Shown here: positions 13,303 to 24,979 of the stretch, piece after piece
How positions within the stretch are numbered: the stretch's first letter is position 1
How the letters are laid out: the number at the start of each line of letters is the position of its first letter
Assembly (NCBI RefSeq): GCF_964355755.1
Contig: NC_092670.1
Span: 31,732,388 to 31,796,387, forward strand
Reading direction: 5' to 3'
DNA: 64,000 nucleotides
Source: Antedon mediterranea
Taxonomy: Eukaryota > Animalia > Echinodermata
Notes under the pieces: generated by a model
Databases searched by the model: none
What the model was told of the DNA's origin: nothing
The model's input: only the letters and a program-made list of their open reading frames with translations
Program-made: the position numbers and the translations under genes

Positions 13303-14093
13303 AGATGTAGGCCTATTGTCCCTTTGACTAATTCCAAAAAAAATATATATAAAAAAAAAACAGATTTCGAAAAAAAGTGGATCATTTTGAGGTAACATAA
13401 TAGTTATTAACTTTCACCAAATTAGTCGAAAAAATAATTTAACTGAAATACAGACGTATTTGTTCAAAAATAACTTTGACTTCCAAAAACGATCAAAACA
13501 TATCTCATAATGAGCTTGTTGGCTACTCTGTATGCATAATCAAAAATGATAGTGGGATTGGAGTTTCTCTTTGACTCTAATTCCAAAAAAAAAATTATAT
13601 AAAAAAAACAGAATTCAAAAAAATGTGGATCCTTTTGAGGTAACATAGGCCTAATAGTTATTAACTTTCACCAAATTAGTCGAAAAAAATAATTTAACTG
13701 AAATACAGACATTTTTGTTCAAAAAATAACTTTGACTTCCAGTAAAAGTTTTCGATAAAAACATATCTCATAATGAGCTTGTTGGCTACTCTGTATGCAT
13801 AATCATAAAACTTTCTTGCGATCTATGTGAAAACACCTTATCAACAGTGACGAGTTGTAAACAATCCTAATTAGCATCATGCATAATGCATACTCGTGGT
13901 TTGAAATCTTTGTTTACTTTTGCTCGCGACGACTTTCCAGACGAAATGTAATCAAATTAATTTACCGTAAATTGTGGTTTTTGGCTCGAATTTTCGACTT
14001 AAAGTGATTAACTTTAATATTACTTTGATATGGCCAATTTAAATTTAGAATATTTTGACCTTCATTTGTTGTGTTTCAAGGGACAATACATCT
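13303..14093. mobile_element. TTAA-flanked MITE (Kolobok-like) overlapping a ~270-bp tandem duplication
   Basis: TTAA-AGATGTA[GGCCTA]TTGTCCCT ... AGGGACAATACATCT-TTAA. The segment 13270-13540 is repeated at 13540-13805. Confidence 0.7.
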
Positions 14094-14636
14094 TTAAGAT
14101 AAACTTTGCGAGGAATTCTGATCTTGTAGAAACAAAAATCATGTGTACACTCTAGTGTGTACCAACAAGTGCAACATATGCAAGGGCGCTTCACTGATGC
14201 CGTTTGAAATTTAAATTGGCTCTCCTTTTCACCTAACATTTTATCATTTTTAATGTCTTTTTTTTCGTATCGTGCTGAGTATTGTGCAAGTTGGTTGTTT
14301 GGTGTCTATTATTATTTGTCATTTGATGGTATTTTGCTAGTTTTGCCTGTATTAACAGAACTTTGGAGTTAGTCCTGATCACCAAGTCAGTTGTAGGAGC
14401 AGGTGTACCTTTTTGTGCGCAGTACACACAGCTAGCCCGTCTCGGTACCGGCTACTGCTACTGCTACTGCTAACCTAAAGTCTTTCAAACAGGTAAATGT
14501 TTCTATGATAATCCATGTTTCTTCAACATTACTAAGGAGCTCCTGATATTGAGAAACCGAGAAGTTCTCGTGGTGGCAGAAATAAAATTGTAAGATTAAA
14601 GTCGTTATTGGTAATGGGCATAGGCATAGGCCTACC

Positions 14637-15745
14637 ATGGCAGCCCTCAACAAAAGTGGCTCTTCTCGAAATAATCTGGTCACAATTAAACTACGTAGAT
14701 CAAGAGTTTCCTGTCCTAGACTTTACCTTGATAATGCCCGCTCTGTGAAAAATAAGATTGATAAATTTGAAACCACCATTTCAAAATTCAAAGTCGATAT
14801 AGCTGTGTTAACAGAAACTTGGCTAAATGATTTTTGTTGGTGTGAATCTTGCAATGCACATGGTAGCTGTAATTTCGAATGCTTTAGGATAAAGACAACT
14901 ATTCCAGGCAAGTCAAATCAAGGTACTTTATATTGGAGCTATTTATTATCCACCGTGTGCCGCTAATGCGGATTTGTTGATTGTCGTGCTGATCTTTACC
15001 ATCTTCCGAAACGCTTAGCGCCACTGAGTCGGAGTGACCATAATGCCATCCTATTGTAACCACCGATTGAATTACCTCAGCACAAGCGCCTATCAGTACG
15101 TTTTCAGCCATATCGTGACTCCTCTGTTTTGTCCTTTGGTCAATGGGTTACAAACCATAAGTGGAATGATGTGCTGAATATTAAGGACGTCAATCGAAAA
15201 ACCAAAATGTTCTCTTCAATTTTGAATGGTGCTTTTAACAAGATCTTTCCTTTGCTGATTAGGAACAAGCGCACTGCTGACAAGCCCTAGATGTCCGACA
15301 AGATTCGAAGATTAATTGACTCTAGACAAACTTTGTTTCGTAGGTTTGGTAGAACGGATAAGTGGCGTTTACTTCGCAACTTAGTTCAAGCTTGTATTAA
15401 AATAACAAATACTATTGTAATTCCTTATTAAGTCTGAAACGTAAGTGGCATAAAGGTATTAAACAACTATGTAATCGTAAGACTAAAAATACTAATTTCA
15501 CCTTGTCTGGGCTGTCCAAAGATGAAACTGCCTCTGGGATTAATGCCCATTTCTCTAGTGTTTGTAATCCCATCCCTCCTCTTAATTTAAATGATTTGCC
15601 TGCTTATCTCCCAGCGCCTTGGCAGGACCACCTTTAATCTATGCTGGTCAAGTCCTAAAAGCCCTTTGTAATCTTAATCTCTGGCCATCCTGATGAACCC
15701 GCTATTAAATTATATAGAGATTTTTCTCCTGATCTTGCTGAGCCT
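14637..15745 (+). mobile_element. Degenerate APE-type LINE fragment (endonuclease and linker)
   Basis: PRLYLDNARSVKNKIDKF..DIAVLTETWL, IGAIYYPP, SDH motif, TADKP(W>stop), INAHFSSVC, PDLAEP. Many frameshifts and stops; the RT core is absent. Confidence 0.75.
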
Positions 15746-18700
15746 ATGAAATATAACATTTTACATCTACGAGTTATTTTCTCGAGGATTTGGGATAATT
15801 AAGAAAAAAATATCAGTCCCGATGTAATGTTAAATGCTATAATTAAACCAAAATTAGTGGAGAATTACCTTACTAAAGATGACCGTTAAAACTAATTTAG
15901 AGTCAATTCTGAAAATAATAAAGTAATTAAAGATATTATAATAATAAATTTACATAAGAGAAAAAGTTGGAAAATCGTGCGTAACTTCGAACAACTTTAT
16001 TCAAAGGTACAAGTTTGTCCATACTTTTTTACTAATCCAGTTCAGTTAGATAATTACACATTTAGTGTAAACGATTTGCGCCGAATTGGTTACTGTGTGA
16101 TAAAAGTATTTCGAAAACACGGAATAAAGAACTTAACACATCTTTCTAAAATAATTTATCTCAGAAAGAGATAGCCTACATTATCCCGGAAAGACAGAAT
16201 TCCACGGTAGTTTATCTGAAAATAGCAAGATAGCATTATTTCAGATTAAATAATTATGACAAACCAAATCTTCCAAAGGTGCAATTCCTTAATTTGCAAT
16301 CCAACTATTTATTGAAAGGCCAACTTAACATTTATGTTTATTTCTATTCTAATTGTTTTATCTCAATGAAACTTCGCACATTAGTTCATCGTCCTTGCCT
16401 ATGCAGTTTTTAATTTATATATTGTAGTTTTCTTCCAAAATATGGCTTTAATTAAGTGTTATGCAGTTAATTAATTTATTTACTTTTACATACTGATAAA
16501 ACAAGCTTTTTAGTCTAGGAATAAACATATAGCAATACGGTAATAGTACAATACTCACAGATTATTAACTCTGCTCAATGCCACAAATGCATCCTTGTGT
16601 ATAAAACTAATTGAGTTGTTATTAAGTGCACTGAATAAAATAGAAGAAATATCTATATATATATCAAAATTATAATAATAAAACGTATAGATATGATTGA
16701 ATATGTATGTTCACTATCAATTTTAACATTAAATCGTTATATTTTTAACACTAAGCGAACGCTATATATAAACAAATTGGTTATATGGCTCAAACAAATA
16801 ACAAAACTGTAATACTTACAGAAAGATCAAGGTGTCGCCTTGAAACGCTCTTGAAGGTATACTTTTTAAACTGTTATCAGATAAATATCTAGGGCATTAT
16901 AAAAAAATGTCTGCTACTATTTAGACTAACATGTTTCGAGACTCAAGCTGTTTTCCAATGGTCTTATTTAACATCTTTATACAGGATTACACAATCAGGT
17001 AAAAGAAAACCTGTTTTGCATTGCGATCGTGTCTTAAATACAGAAAATCAGGAATAAAAATGAGTTTTATGAAGAAAAAAAATGTGATCAATATCTCGAA
17101 ATCTAACTCTGAATGGAGCAATTGTTGGGGAATATCAAATTTGACAGGCTATTCCATATTTTAACGCCTGCAACTTAGAACAACGAGTTTATCTTAATAA
17201 TGGTATAGTAGGGTATTGTTATATTTAGGGTTGTACTCTACGTCTTAGGTGAGCATGAATATCGCCAATCAGCTCAATTTTGTTTAATAATCTCGTTAGT
17301 TGCAAGGTCGTAAACACATACATTATATAAGCTAGGGATAGATCTCATTTCTCTTCTAAAGGTAGCCATGACATCTCTTTGATGATACCATCACCACTTC
17401 AATTAATAAAATAAAATTGTGTATGTCATATATACATAGGGTATATCCATTTCTAGAACATGTTGCACTTTATATAATATAATGTACCATGCTAGTTCTT
17501 ATGTATTTAAATAAGTATACCTACATGCTTCCTATTGTTATATTTTTGAAAGTTCCAGTAGAAATGTTTACCAAATATTGGTTGTGTCTAACAAACCTAT
17601 TGGAATAAAAGTTTTGTATAGCTAGTAAGCTGTTCCTATTCTTTCTACGACATTGTGTCAATAAACAGTAATATTATCAATATATTTCCATTATCTAAAA
17701 AATAAAATCATTTCTACTTGAAAACACACGGAACTTTATGTTTTGTTTTAATTTTGGGTAAAAATATAATAATGTTGTTTATTAAATACTTTAAAAAAAA
17801 AGTGGAATGAAATAAATAATAAAAAAAAAACAATATAAATAAATAATCTTTACTTACACTTCAACAGTTTTATTTGTAGCCAATGCAAATGAATTTTCAC
17901 AGAGCTCTTGAATATCGTTAAACTGAATCTTCCTTGGATATTGATATTAAAATCATTAGTTCATTAATTACATCTCTCCTTAAAATGGAACTGAAATGTA
18001 TTTTTTTTCTTTTACAATGATGTGCTAAAGGTTACACAGAGGAATATTCTAACAAAATACAAATTCGTCCCTTAGGGGTAAGCCCTATTTTAAATCCCAA
18101 CAATTCGCGGATGACCTCATTTTGCGAATATATTCATATAACTCCCTGTAACAAAATGTAGATTTTTGGCGATTACTTTTGAAATTATTGAAATATTTTT
18201 TTTTACCATTGTTCTCGATATAATTATTATTGTATAATCGGATTTTCATCAGCTAAATGACAATTTTTGTTTTAAGAAACCGAAGAAACATTCGGTTGAG
18301 GTCAAACAATGCTGTACTGGGAAGCGTAACCGACAAAAATAACATAGCGTTTTCATGGATTTCAGGACACCATGTTAAATACAACATATTAATTTCTGAA
18401 CGTAGGGTCGTATGAGAAACAAAATTATTGTGAAATGTTCTTAAAAGATTAGCCTACATTACAGAATAATAACAAGGATTTTGGTCTGTCGGTCGATAAA
18501 AACTAACTCAACGTTTTGCATGCGCGACTGCAGCCATGTATTATATGGCCTTGTTGATTTAAAAAGATATCTTCAAGATGATTTTTAATTTATCTTGAAT
18601 ATATTGATTGACTTCCAGATAAATGTAAAATTAAAAAAGTAGCATTAACTTGTCTTTATATGTTAATGTGGTACGGTACCTAAGTATAATTAAAATATTT

Positions 18701-18789
18701 GTAACAACGATATTGAATCATGTCTTGCATTGGAACGCTAATAATAAATATACAATAATTATATTTATGTTACAGTAATGCAATACGAG

Positions 18790-18935
18790 CAAGAAACAGA
18801 AAGCTATAACTGCATTGTGAGGAGGATAAAAGATAAGGTCAGAAAGCGATAAAACGCATAGTGATACCGGACCGACAGACCGACAGACCGACAGACCGAC
18901 ATAGTGAACTATAGAGTCGCTTCCACGCGACTAAA
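18790..18935 (-). mobile_element. Short HINE/DINE-1-like terminus
   Basis: (ACCGACAG)n microsatellite followed by hairpin AGTCGC-TTCCAC-GCGACT and an A run. The same architecture recurs at 43508-43628 and 53643-53745. Confidence 0.55.
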
Positions 18936-20734
18936 AACAAATCATCAAATTTATTTTCGCCAGTAGTAATAAATAGTATTATGGCGGTTACTGTTAGCAG
19001 TGTTGGTGGTAGAGGTAGTAGTTGTGGTGATGATAAGAGCAGTTGTTTTCACTATGGTCCTAATGGAAGTAGTAGTGTTGGCAGCTGTGACCATTGTTGT
19101 AGAACAGTACAAAATTAAAAAGTAAACCTAAAACTTACAAATGATCTACTGATTTGGAACCTTCAAAAGTGGTATTTCTCAGTACTGATATATTGTTGTG
19201 ATCAACGTGTCTATTATAAAACAAATAATGCAATAATTATGATTGAAACAATTATGTAACACGTAATAGTTTTAAAATATTCTTTATTGAAGGACTTATG
19301 CGTCTTCAGAAAAAAATATTTTACGAAGGAATTTTGGTTGATTTTCTCAAAATCAAAATGCCCTGAGTTAGAAGGTGACTCGTCTGTTTTCATTAATAAC
19401 TATTTATATAATAAACCAATTTTAAAAACAGCAGCTCATTTTAAACTTATTGAATATAGATTACGAATATATAAAATTCCAAACCTAAGGTAATTTTGTA
19501 ATGGAATAGGTAGACACAATGTAAAACACACGTCACATTTTACGGAGTGTTGTCAAATATCTCTTACTGTTGACATTGGACATAATCAATCATTAATTAA
19601 TTTGCGTATTATCACACTCATTCTCAGTACAGTCTCATTTCTGTGGTTCAAATCTCATATAACAACAGTGGGCAGAAGTCAAAACAGTAGAGTTATTTCC
19701 CCCTATTAATACTACCTTCTGTAATATCGCTAATTATATTATGTACACGTTTTGGTTCAATGTCTTCTACCGAAATACACGCAAGTAAATAAAGTGGAGT
19801 TCTGTTAACATAGAAATCCCTCTGAACTACTTGTTATTTTATCATTCCTACTACAGTACCTCATAAAGACGTAAATGGGACTAACGGTCCTAAATCGCAT
19901 TTCTGTTACCAACTTAAACCCTGCAACCCTAAAATAATCACAATCGCTATAATTACCTGGGTCGCAATAATTGTGTTGTTGTAAATTTGGTTGTGAATCC
20001 TTCATGTAACTTCACAAAGTAAACATGCATAATTCAGTAGTCAAAACATTTGCTAAGCATGCATTAAACTATATTATTTTAGAAACCCTTAGGACTAAAG
20101 ACCATACAACTGGTTTTAAATGTAACTTACACTGTAGGGCCTACGCAGATTTTGAAGATCATTAAAAGCAATCGATATGTCTGTCAACGAGTTGTAATCT
20201 GCAAATCTAGAAATATTTAGTATGTTAATGAACTGTTTTGTTAAGATAATAAGTAAATTGTTGATTGTGAAAGAGCACTGATGTATTACAATTGCCATTA
20301 AAACTAACGATTTAACAGCTATGGTTAATAATAATTATAAATCTATCAAAAAATTATAGTTTATTGTTTAATGTTGTTGTTACATCTAAAATATGCTAAT
20401 TATCTCTCAATCCATTAGGTATTTTGAATAAGAATGTATAAGTATACAAATATAAATGTGACCATGAAGTGTTTAAACTGAAATTATAGGAAGGTTTGGA
20501 AAATACCTCTTCAAAAAAAATGTGTAACTGTGAAAATGGCGGCCATTTGGTTTTTCAAACAGTAACCGACCACTTCTTAAAGTACAACTTCAGTAAAACA
20601 TATCCTAACACTAGTTAAATTGTTAAGTTGTACTAATCGGCTCTCGTTGTGAGCGGACGTGTTCATTTTGAGCTCCGCTAGGCTACCCATTGTGTGGATA
20701 CTAGGCCAGTCAACGTAGGCATACTGTAGTCAAC

Positions 20735-22642
20735 ATGATGTGTTCGACCGGGCTACGTGTGCCGCTACTTATTTTGAACTTATTTCTTGGCCTCTATTTT
20801 TCAAGTTTTAATATGGGATTTTCATCCAGAAATCAATGGCTAAGGCCAGTCGATGGATACTCTGAGCCGGTAAGCTGCAACATTCCTAGCACCGTTGTAT
20901 GTAAATGTTGGAATTTGTATCTATGCGGTCAAAGAAGTACGACTACGAGTGTTGTTGCATTCCAACGTAGCAGCAGACCGTCAAGGAAGATCTACAGTGC
21001 ACCACGTTTGCTCTATTCTAATTCCACTGTTACATTCTGTATTCTTTTAAGTGGCGATGTTGAATCGAATCCAGGTCCAGGTAATACTCATACATCTTCA
21101 GTTAAGGTATACTATCAAATCGTACGTAGCCTGAAGAATAAAATGGACGTATACAACTCAGATCTGAATGCACACCTAATTCAGAGCAATTTGGATATTG
21201 TCGCACTTACGGAAACATGGTTAAACTGCAACGTGCTCGATTCTGAACTTTCCGTTTCTAATTACACTTTATTTCGACGCGATAGAGATACTGATAAACG
21301 CGGTGGTGGTATCCTGATGCTAGTGAATAACAAATTTACCTGTAACCGAGTGGAACGCCTAGAAAGTGATTCAACGGAGTTCATGTGGATAGAGATTCAG
21401 CTAAAGCTGCGTATTAGCCTACTTGTTGGATTATTCTATAGACCACCGAATGCTACACTCGATGTCCTCCGTCGTTATACTTCGTCTGTGGAAATCGCTA
21501 TGCTCTACTACAAAAACAGTGAATTCCTCATTCTTGGAGATTTCAACCTGCCCGAAATTAATTGGAGTAGCAACCCTTATTCTGCTCCAGCTCAGTCCAT
21601 GGGAGAACACTTACTTGATGTATTGCTTTCTAGCTGTGGCCTATTTCAATGCAATACGTATTGTACAAGAATGGATAAAATGCTTGATCTTGTTATTTGT
21701 AGTAAAAACATTTCCGACAAAGTCTATACTGCTAACGATATTTTTTTATCTGACCACTCATCTTTGAGAATTGATTTCCGTTTAAATTTTGATGTTAATT
21801 GTAGTAATGATAATTTGAATCGTAAAAGTATAATTTACAATTTTAAAGCACTTGATGTCAATAATCTATGTAATACTCTTAACTGTGTTCCATGGAGTGT
21901 CTTAATTGATTTTGAAGGTGATTTAAATGAAGCTTTGGATATGTTTTATAATTTGTTAAATGCTGCCGTCAATGACACAGTGCCTAAAATTAGAAAGCGC
22001 AGAAAGCTTCCTCCGTGGTTTGACAATGAGTTGAGAAGTGCGCTTCAACTCAAAGAAAAGTATTACAGATATCTGAAAAAAAATAATAATCGGTTAGCCC
22101 AAAGTAATTTCAAATCTGCTCGCGCGTCTTTTAAAAAAATGTGCAATAAAAAGTACAAAGATTACTTGGACGCTTTGGATAAGCAAATTGTCACTAACAG
22201 TAAAAGATTCTGGAGCTGGATGAAAACTAAATACAAGTCAAATAATCTTCCTTCTGTCATGAGTCACGATAACATTTCATTCCAGTCTAATTATGATAAA
22301 GCTACCACATTTAATTCTTATTTTCATTCTTTTTTCAGTGAGCCTTCTCCGGACGTTCCCCGGGACTATCCAGGTCTTCCTGACTATGCGGTGGATAACT
22401 TGAGTTTTCTGTCTGTGAATCAGCATTCTGTGGAAAAGGCACTTAGTAACATTGATATCAATAAAGCTACTGGCATTGATCAGATTAGTAACGTTGTCTT
22501 AAAGGGTGCCTCCTCCTCACTCTCTTATCCGCTTTGCAAATTGTTTCAGCTATCTAATAATTCTGGGGTTTTTCCTTCATCTTGGAAACACGCTAATATT
22601 TTCTTAATTCACAAGAGTGGTCCAAGAAAAACTAATCTGTAA
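20735..22642 (+). CDS. LINE polyprotein N-terminal part: hydrophobic leader, 2A-like peptide, AP endonuclease
   Basis: 635-aa ORF with ILLSGDVESNPGP at 21041-21079 followed by APE motifs. Confidence 0.85.
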   Translation: MMCSTGLRVPLLILNLFLGLYFSSFNMGFSSRNQWLRPVDGYSEPVSCNIPSTVVCKCWNLYLCGQRSTTTSVVAFQRSSRPSRKIYSAPRLLYSNSTVTFCILLSGDVESNPGPGNTHTSSVKVYYQIVRSLKNKMDVYNSDLNAHLIQSNLDIVALTETWLNCNVLDSELSVSNYTLFRRDRDTDKRGGGILMLVNNKFTCNRVERLESDSTEFMWIEIQLKLRISLLVGLFYRPPNATLDVLRRYTSSVEIAMLYYKNSEFLILGDFNLPEINWSSNPYSAPAQSMGEHLLDVLLSSCGLFQCNTYCTRMDKMLDLVICSKNISDKVYTANDIFLSDHSSLRIDFRLNFDVNCSNDNLNRKSIIYNFKALDVNNLCNTLNCVPWSVLIDFEGDLNEALDMFYNLLNAAVNDTVPKIRKRRKLPPWFDNELRSALQLKEKYYRYLKKNNNRLAQSNFKSARASFKKMCNKKYKDYLDALDKQIVTNSKRFWSWMKTKYKSNNLPSVMSHDNISFQSNYDKATTFNSYFHSFFSEPSPDVPRDYPGLPDYAVDNLSFLSVNQHSVEKALSNIDINKATGIDQISNVVLKGASSSLSYPLCKLFQLSNNSGVFPSSWKHANIFLIHKSGPRKTNL

Positions 22643-23751
22643 CTATCGTCCTATTTCGTTATTGCCTACTATGTCTAAGATTTTTGAGCGCATTGTGCAT
22701 GATGGTTTGTCATCACATGTTGCTAATGCTTTAAGTCCTAGGCAGCATGGTTTTGTCTCTGGGAGATCATGTCAAACCAACCTCGCACTGCTTCTTGCTA
22801 CATCATACGATGCAATTAACAGCAAGAAGAAGTGCGATGTGATTTACACTGATTTCTCTAAGGCTTTTGATTCCGTTTCCCATGATTTGCTTATTTTTAA
22901 ACTTTCAAAATTTGGTTTATCCGGTTCACTTTTAAGTTGGTTTAAAAGCTATTTAACTAATAGACAACAGCGTGTTGTCATTGGGGGAGAGACATCTGAT
23001 TGGCTCCCTGTGTTATCGGGCGTTCCGCAGGGCTCGATCTTGGGCCCGCTTTTGTTTAATTTATTTATCAACGATCTTCCTTTAAAATTTAATCATTCCG
23101 AGTCTCTTTTATTTGCTGACGATCTGAAATTGTTTAAAGTGATTACCACTCCACAGGATGCTTTTTCACTTAAGGAGGATCTGGATGGTCTCGTGGAATG
23201 GACGGAGAAGTGGGGGATAAAACTTAATGCTAATAAATGCAAATATTTATCTATAACACTTAAAAAAAGGCCTGTGCTCTTCAATTATAATCTGAATGGA
23301 CATGATCTTGAGATGGTTTATGTATGGAAAGATTTAGGTATTTTTATTGATAGTAAATTAAATTTGTGTTCACATATTAATCATGTGTTGTCAAAAGCTA
23401 ATAGAATGATGGGCTTAATATGGAGAAATTGTAGGTTTATGAACGACGGCAGGGCACTTTTATGTTTATACAAATCTATTATACGTCCTCACCTTGAATA
23501 TTGTTCCGTAATTTTCAATTCAATTTCTCCATGTCAGGCCCGTCGAATCGACACTGTTCAACGGAAGTTTGTTCGATTCCTGTCTTATAACTCTGTTAAT
23601 TTTGCCTTTTCCATTGATTCTGTCAGCAATCGTCGAACGATATCTGATATGGTTTTTTTATATAATATTTTAAATTCTAAATATGACTGTTCATTAATTT
23701 CACTATTTAGTTTAAATGTTCCTGGTCGTACACGAAATAGACATTTATTGC
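22617..23751 (+). CDS. LINE reverse transcriptase (frameshifted continuation; true C-terminus at 24060-24226)
   Basis: Canonical non-LTR RT motifs. The predicted ORF tail beyond 23751 is SINE sequence. Confidence 0.85.
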
Positions 23752-24059
23752 GTGTGGCGCAGTGTGTTGGACGTTCGACTACCGATCGTCAGACCTAGGT
23801 TCGAATCCAACTCTCGCCGCATTGCTTGTATCCGTAGGCAAGATACTTTACTTACGTTGCCTCTCTCCACCCAGGTGTATAAATGGGTACCCAGTTAGAT
23901 CTAGACACAACTTTGCGCTGGTTACCGGCTGCATTATGGGAGTATGTTTCCATACGTGTTTGATCCCCAAAAAAAATACGGGGGTAATAATGCTTGTAAA
24001 GCGCCTTTGAGCATGATTACTCATGAAAAGGGCGCTATATAAATGTGGTATTATTATTA
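23752..24059 (+). mobile_element. tRNA-derived SINE with CORE-like middle and L2-type 3' tail
   Basis: A box TGGCGCAGTG, B box GGTTCGAATCC, middle GGCAAGATACTT..GCCTCTCTCCACCCAGGTGTATAAATGGGTACC, tail TGTAAAGCGCCTTTGAG..GGCGCTATATAAAT-(TAT)n. TSD TTATTGC at 23745-23751 and 24060-24066. Confidence 0.88.
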
Positions 24060-24247
24060 TTATTGCATATTCCTTTTAGCCGTGTCGACTGTACCAAGAG
24101 GGGACTTTTTCATAGACTACCTTATACATTAATAATCTAAATAGCAATCATATCGATATTTTTAATGATAGACTTGGTTATTTTAAGAGGACGATTATGT
24201 GTTCACTTCTTGAACAGCCTGCATAACCTGTTTGATTAATTGAAATT

Positions 24248-24249
<2 letters not shown>

Positions 24250-24310
<61 letters not shown>
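24250..24310. repeat. (TA)n microsatellite; second tract at ~24980-25006
   Basis: Direct reading. The two tracts flank the Penelope-like insert. Confidence 0.95.
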
Positions 24311-24313
<3 letters not shown>

Positions 24314-24979
24314 ACAAGAGGCAAAGAACATTAATTCTAAACCGCCCGGTGATATACTGAAATTTAATTAATTAATTTGAAACGACAAAGATGAGGAAAT
24401 CTGTGAGAATGAGAAACCGCCCCAACCGAGAATCGAACTCGGACCGCCTGCTTGATATGCAGATGTCCTAACCATTAGACCACTGGGGCTTTCATGGTAT
24501 TGTTCGAACTCGATTGGATAGCGACTCTTTAACATTCTCGTCGTGGTACGGCGGAACAGCACTAGTCCAGAACAGAATTATTAGGTAAATTTTGAATTTG
24601 GTTAATTTTGCGGATAAAGTCCGTGGAGTCCTGAATGTATGAAGGGACATCAGTCACATATGGTTTAAGTAAATCATCCACATATTCAGAAATTTTCTCT
24701 GTAGCAGTGCCATTGCCCGAAATAATGGGTCTACCAGGATTGCCTGCGTTGTGGATTTTAGGTAGGAAATAAATCTGCCTGAAACTGGATTGACCTGTGC
24801 CAAATGAGGTCCAATCTTGGGATCGATGGAGTGTTTTTTTTACCATCATAGAAACAGATTTGGCCACCTTATCCGCAATTTTCGGGGTGGGATCCGTTGT
24901 AAGTTTACGATAATTAATTAATTAAATTTCAGTATATCACCGGGCGGTTTAGAATTAATGTTAATTTACCAGAGTTGTT

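Larger units (their letters stand above)
4159..20206 (-). pseudogene. Multi-exon LRR ectodomain + Cys-rich stalk + multi-pass transmembrane protein gene, disabled
   Basis: GT-AG phase-2 LRR exons read by hand: 20131-20206 (FADYNSLTDISIAFNDLQNLR, 76 nt, frameshifted), 19139-19210 (HVDHNNISVLRNTTFEGSKSVDHL), 17858-17932, 17525-17596, 16820-16888 (YLSDNSLKSIPSRAFQG), 16559-16630 (ALNNNSISFIHKDAFVALSRV), 11344-11409 (WLSHNKLTKLPTF) and 10729-10863 (DLSWNNLTSL..LVLDKNNIQHISKDIFTNMSSLEML). An LRRCT-like IGPLGTMCMC starts near 10650. A large TM exon spans about 7161-8580, and a phase-compatible last exon lies at 4159-4262. Several frameshifts and stops; 5' exons not found. Confidence 0.8.
20530..24250 (+). 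mobile_element. CR1-group non-LTR retrotransposon, single long ORF (leader-2A-APE-RT), interrupted by a SINE
   Basis: APE motifs DIVALTETWL, RRDR..RGGG, YRPP, GDFN and SDH. RT motifs NYRPISLL, QHGF, DFSKAFDSV, SGVPQGSILGPLLF and FADD. A frameshift lies in an A run near 22630. The C-terminus resumes after the SINE (LLHIPFSRVDCTKRGLFHRL..DIFND..FKR, stop 24224-24226). Confidence 0.93.

Noticed and set aside
22617-22642. Programmed frameshift between the APE and RT ORFs
   Set aside because: It falls within the normally continuous KxG..NYRPISL segment at an A run, so it is a single indel or a sequencing error.
24418-24489. Functional tRNA-Asp(ATC) gene
   Set aside because: The anticodon loop is atypical (A32, ATC) and the sequence is embedded in a retroelement; kept only as a tRNA-like structure.
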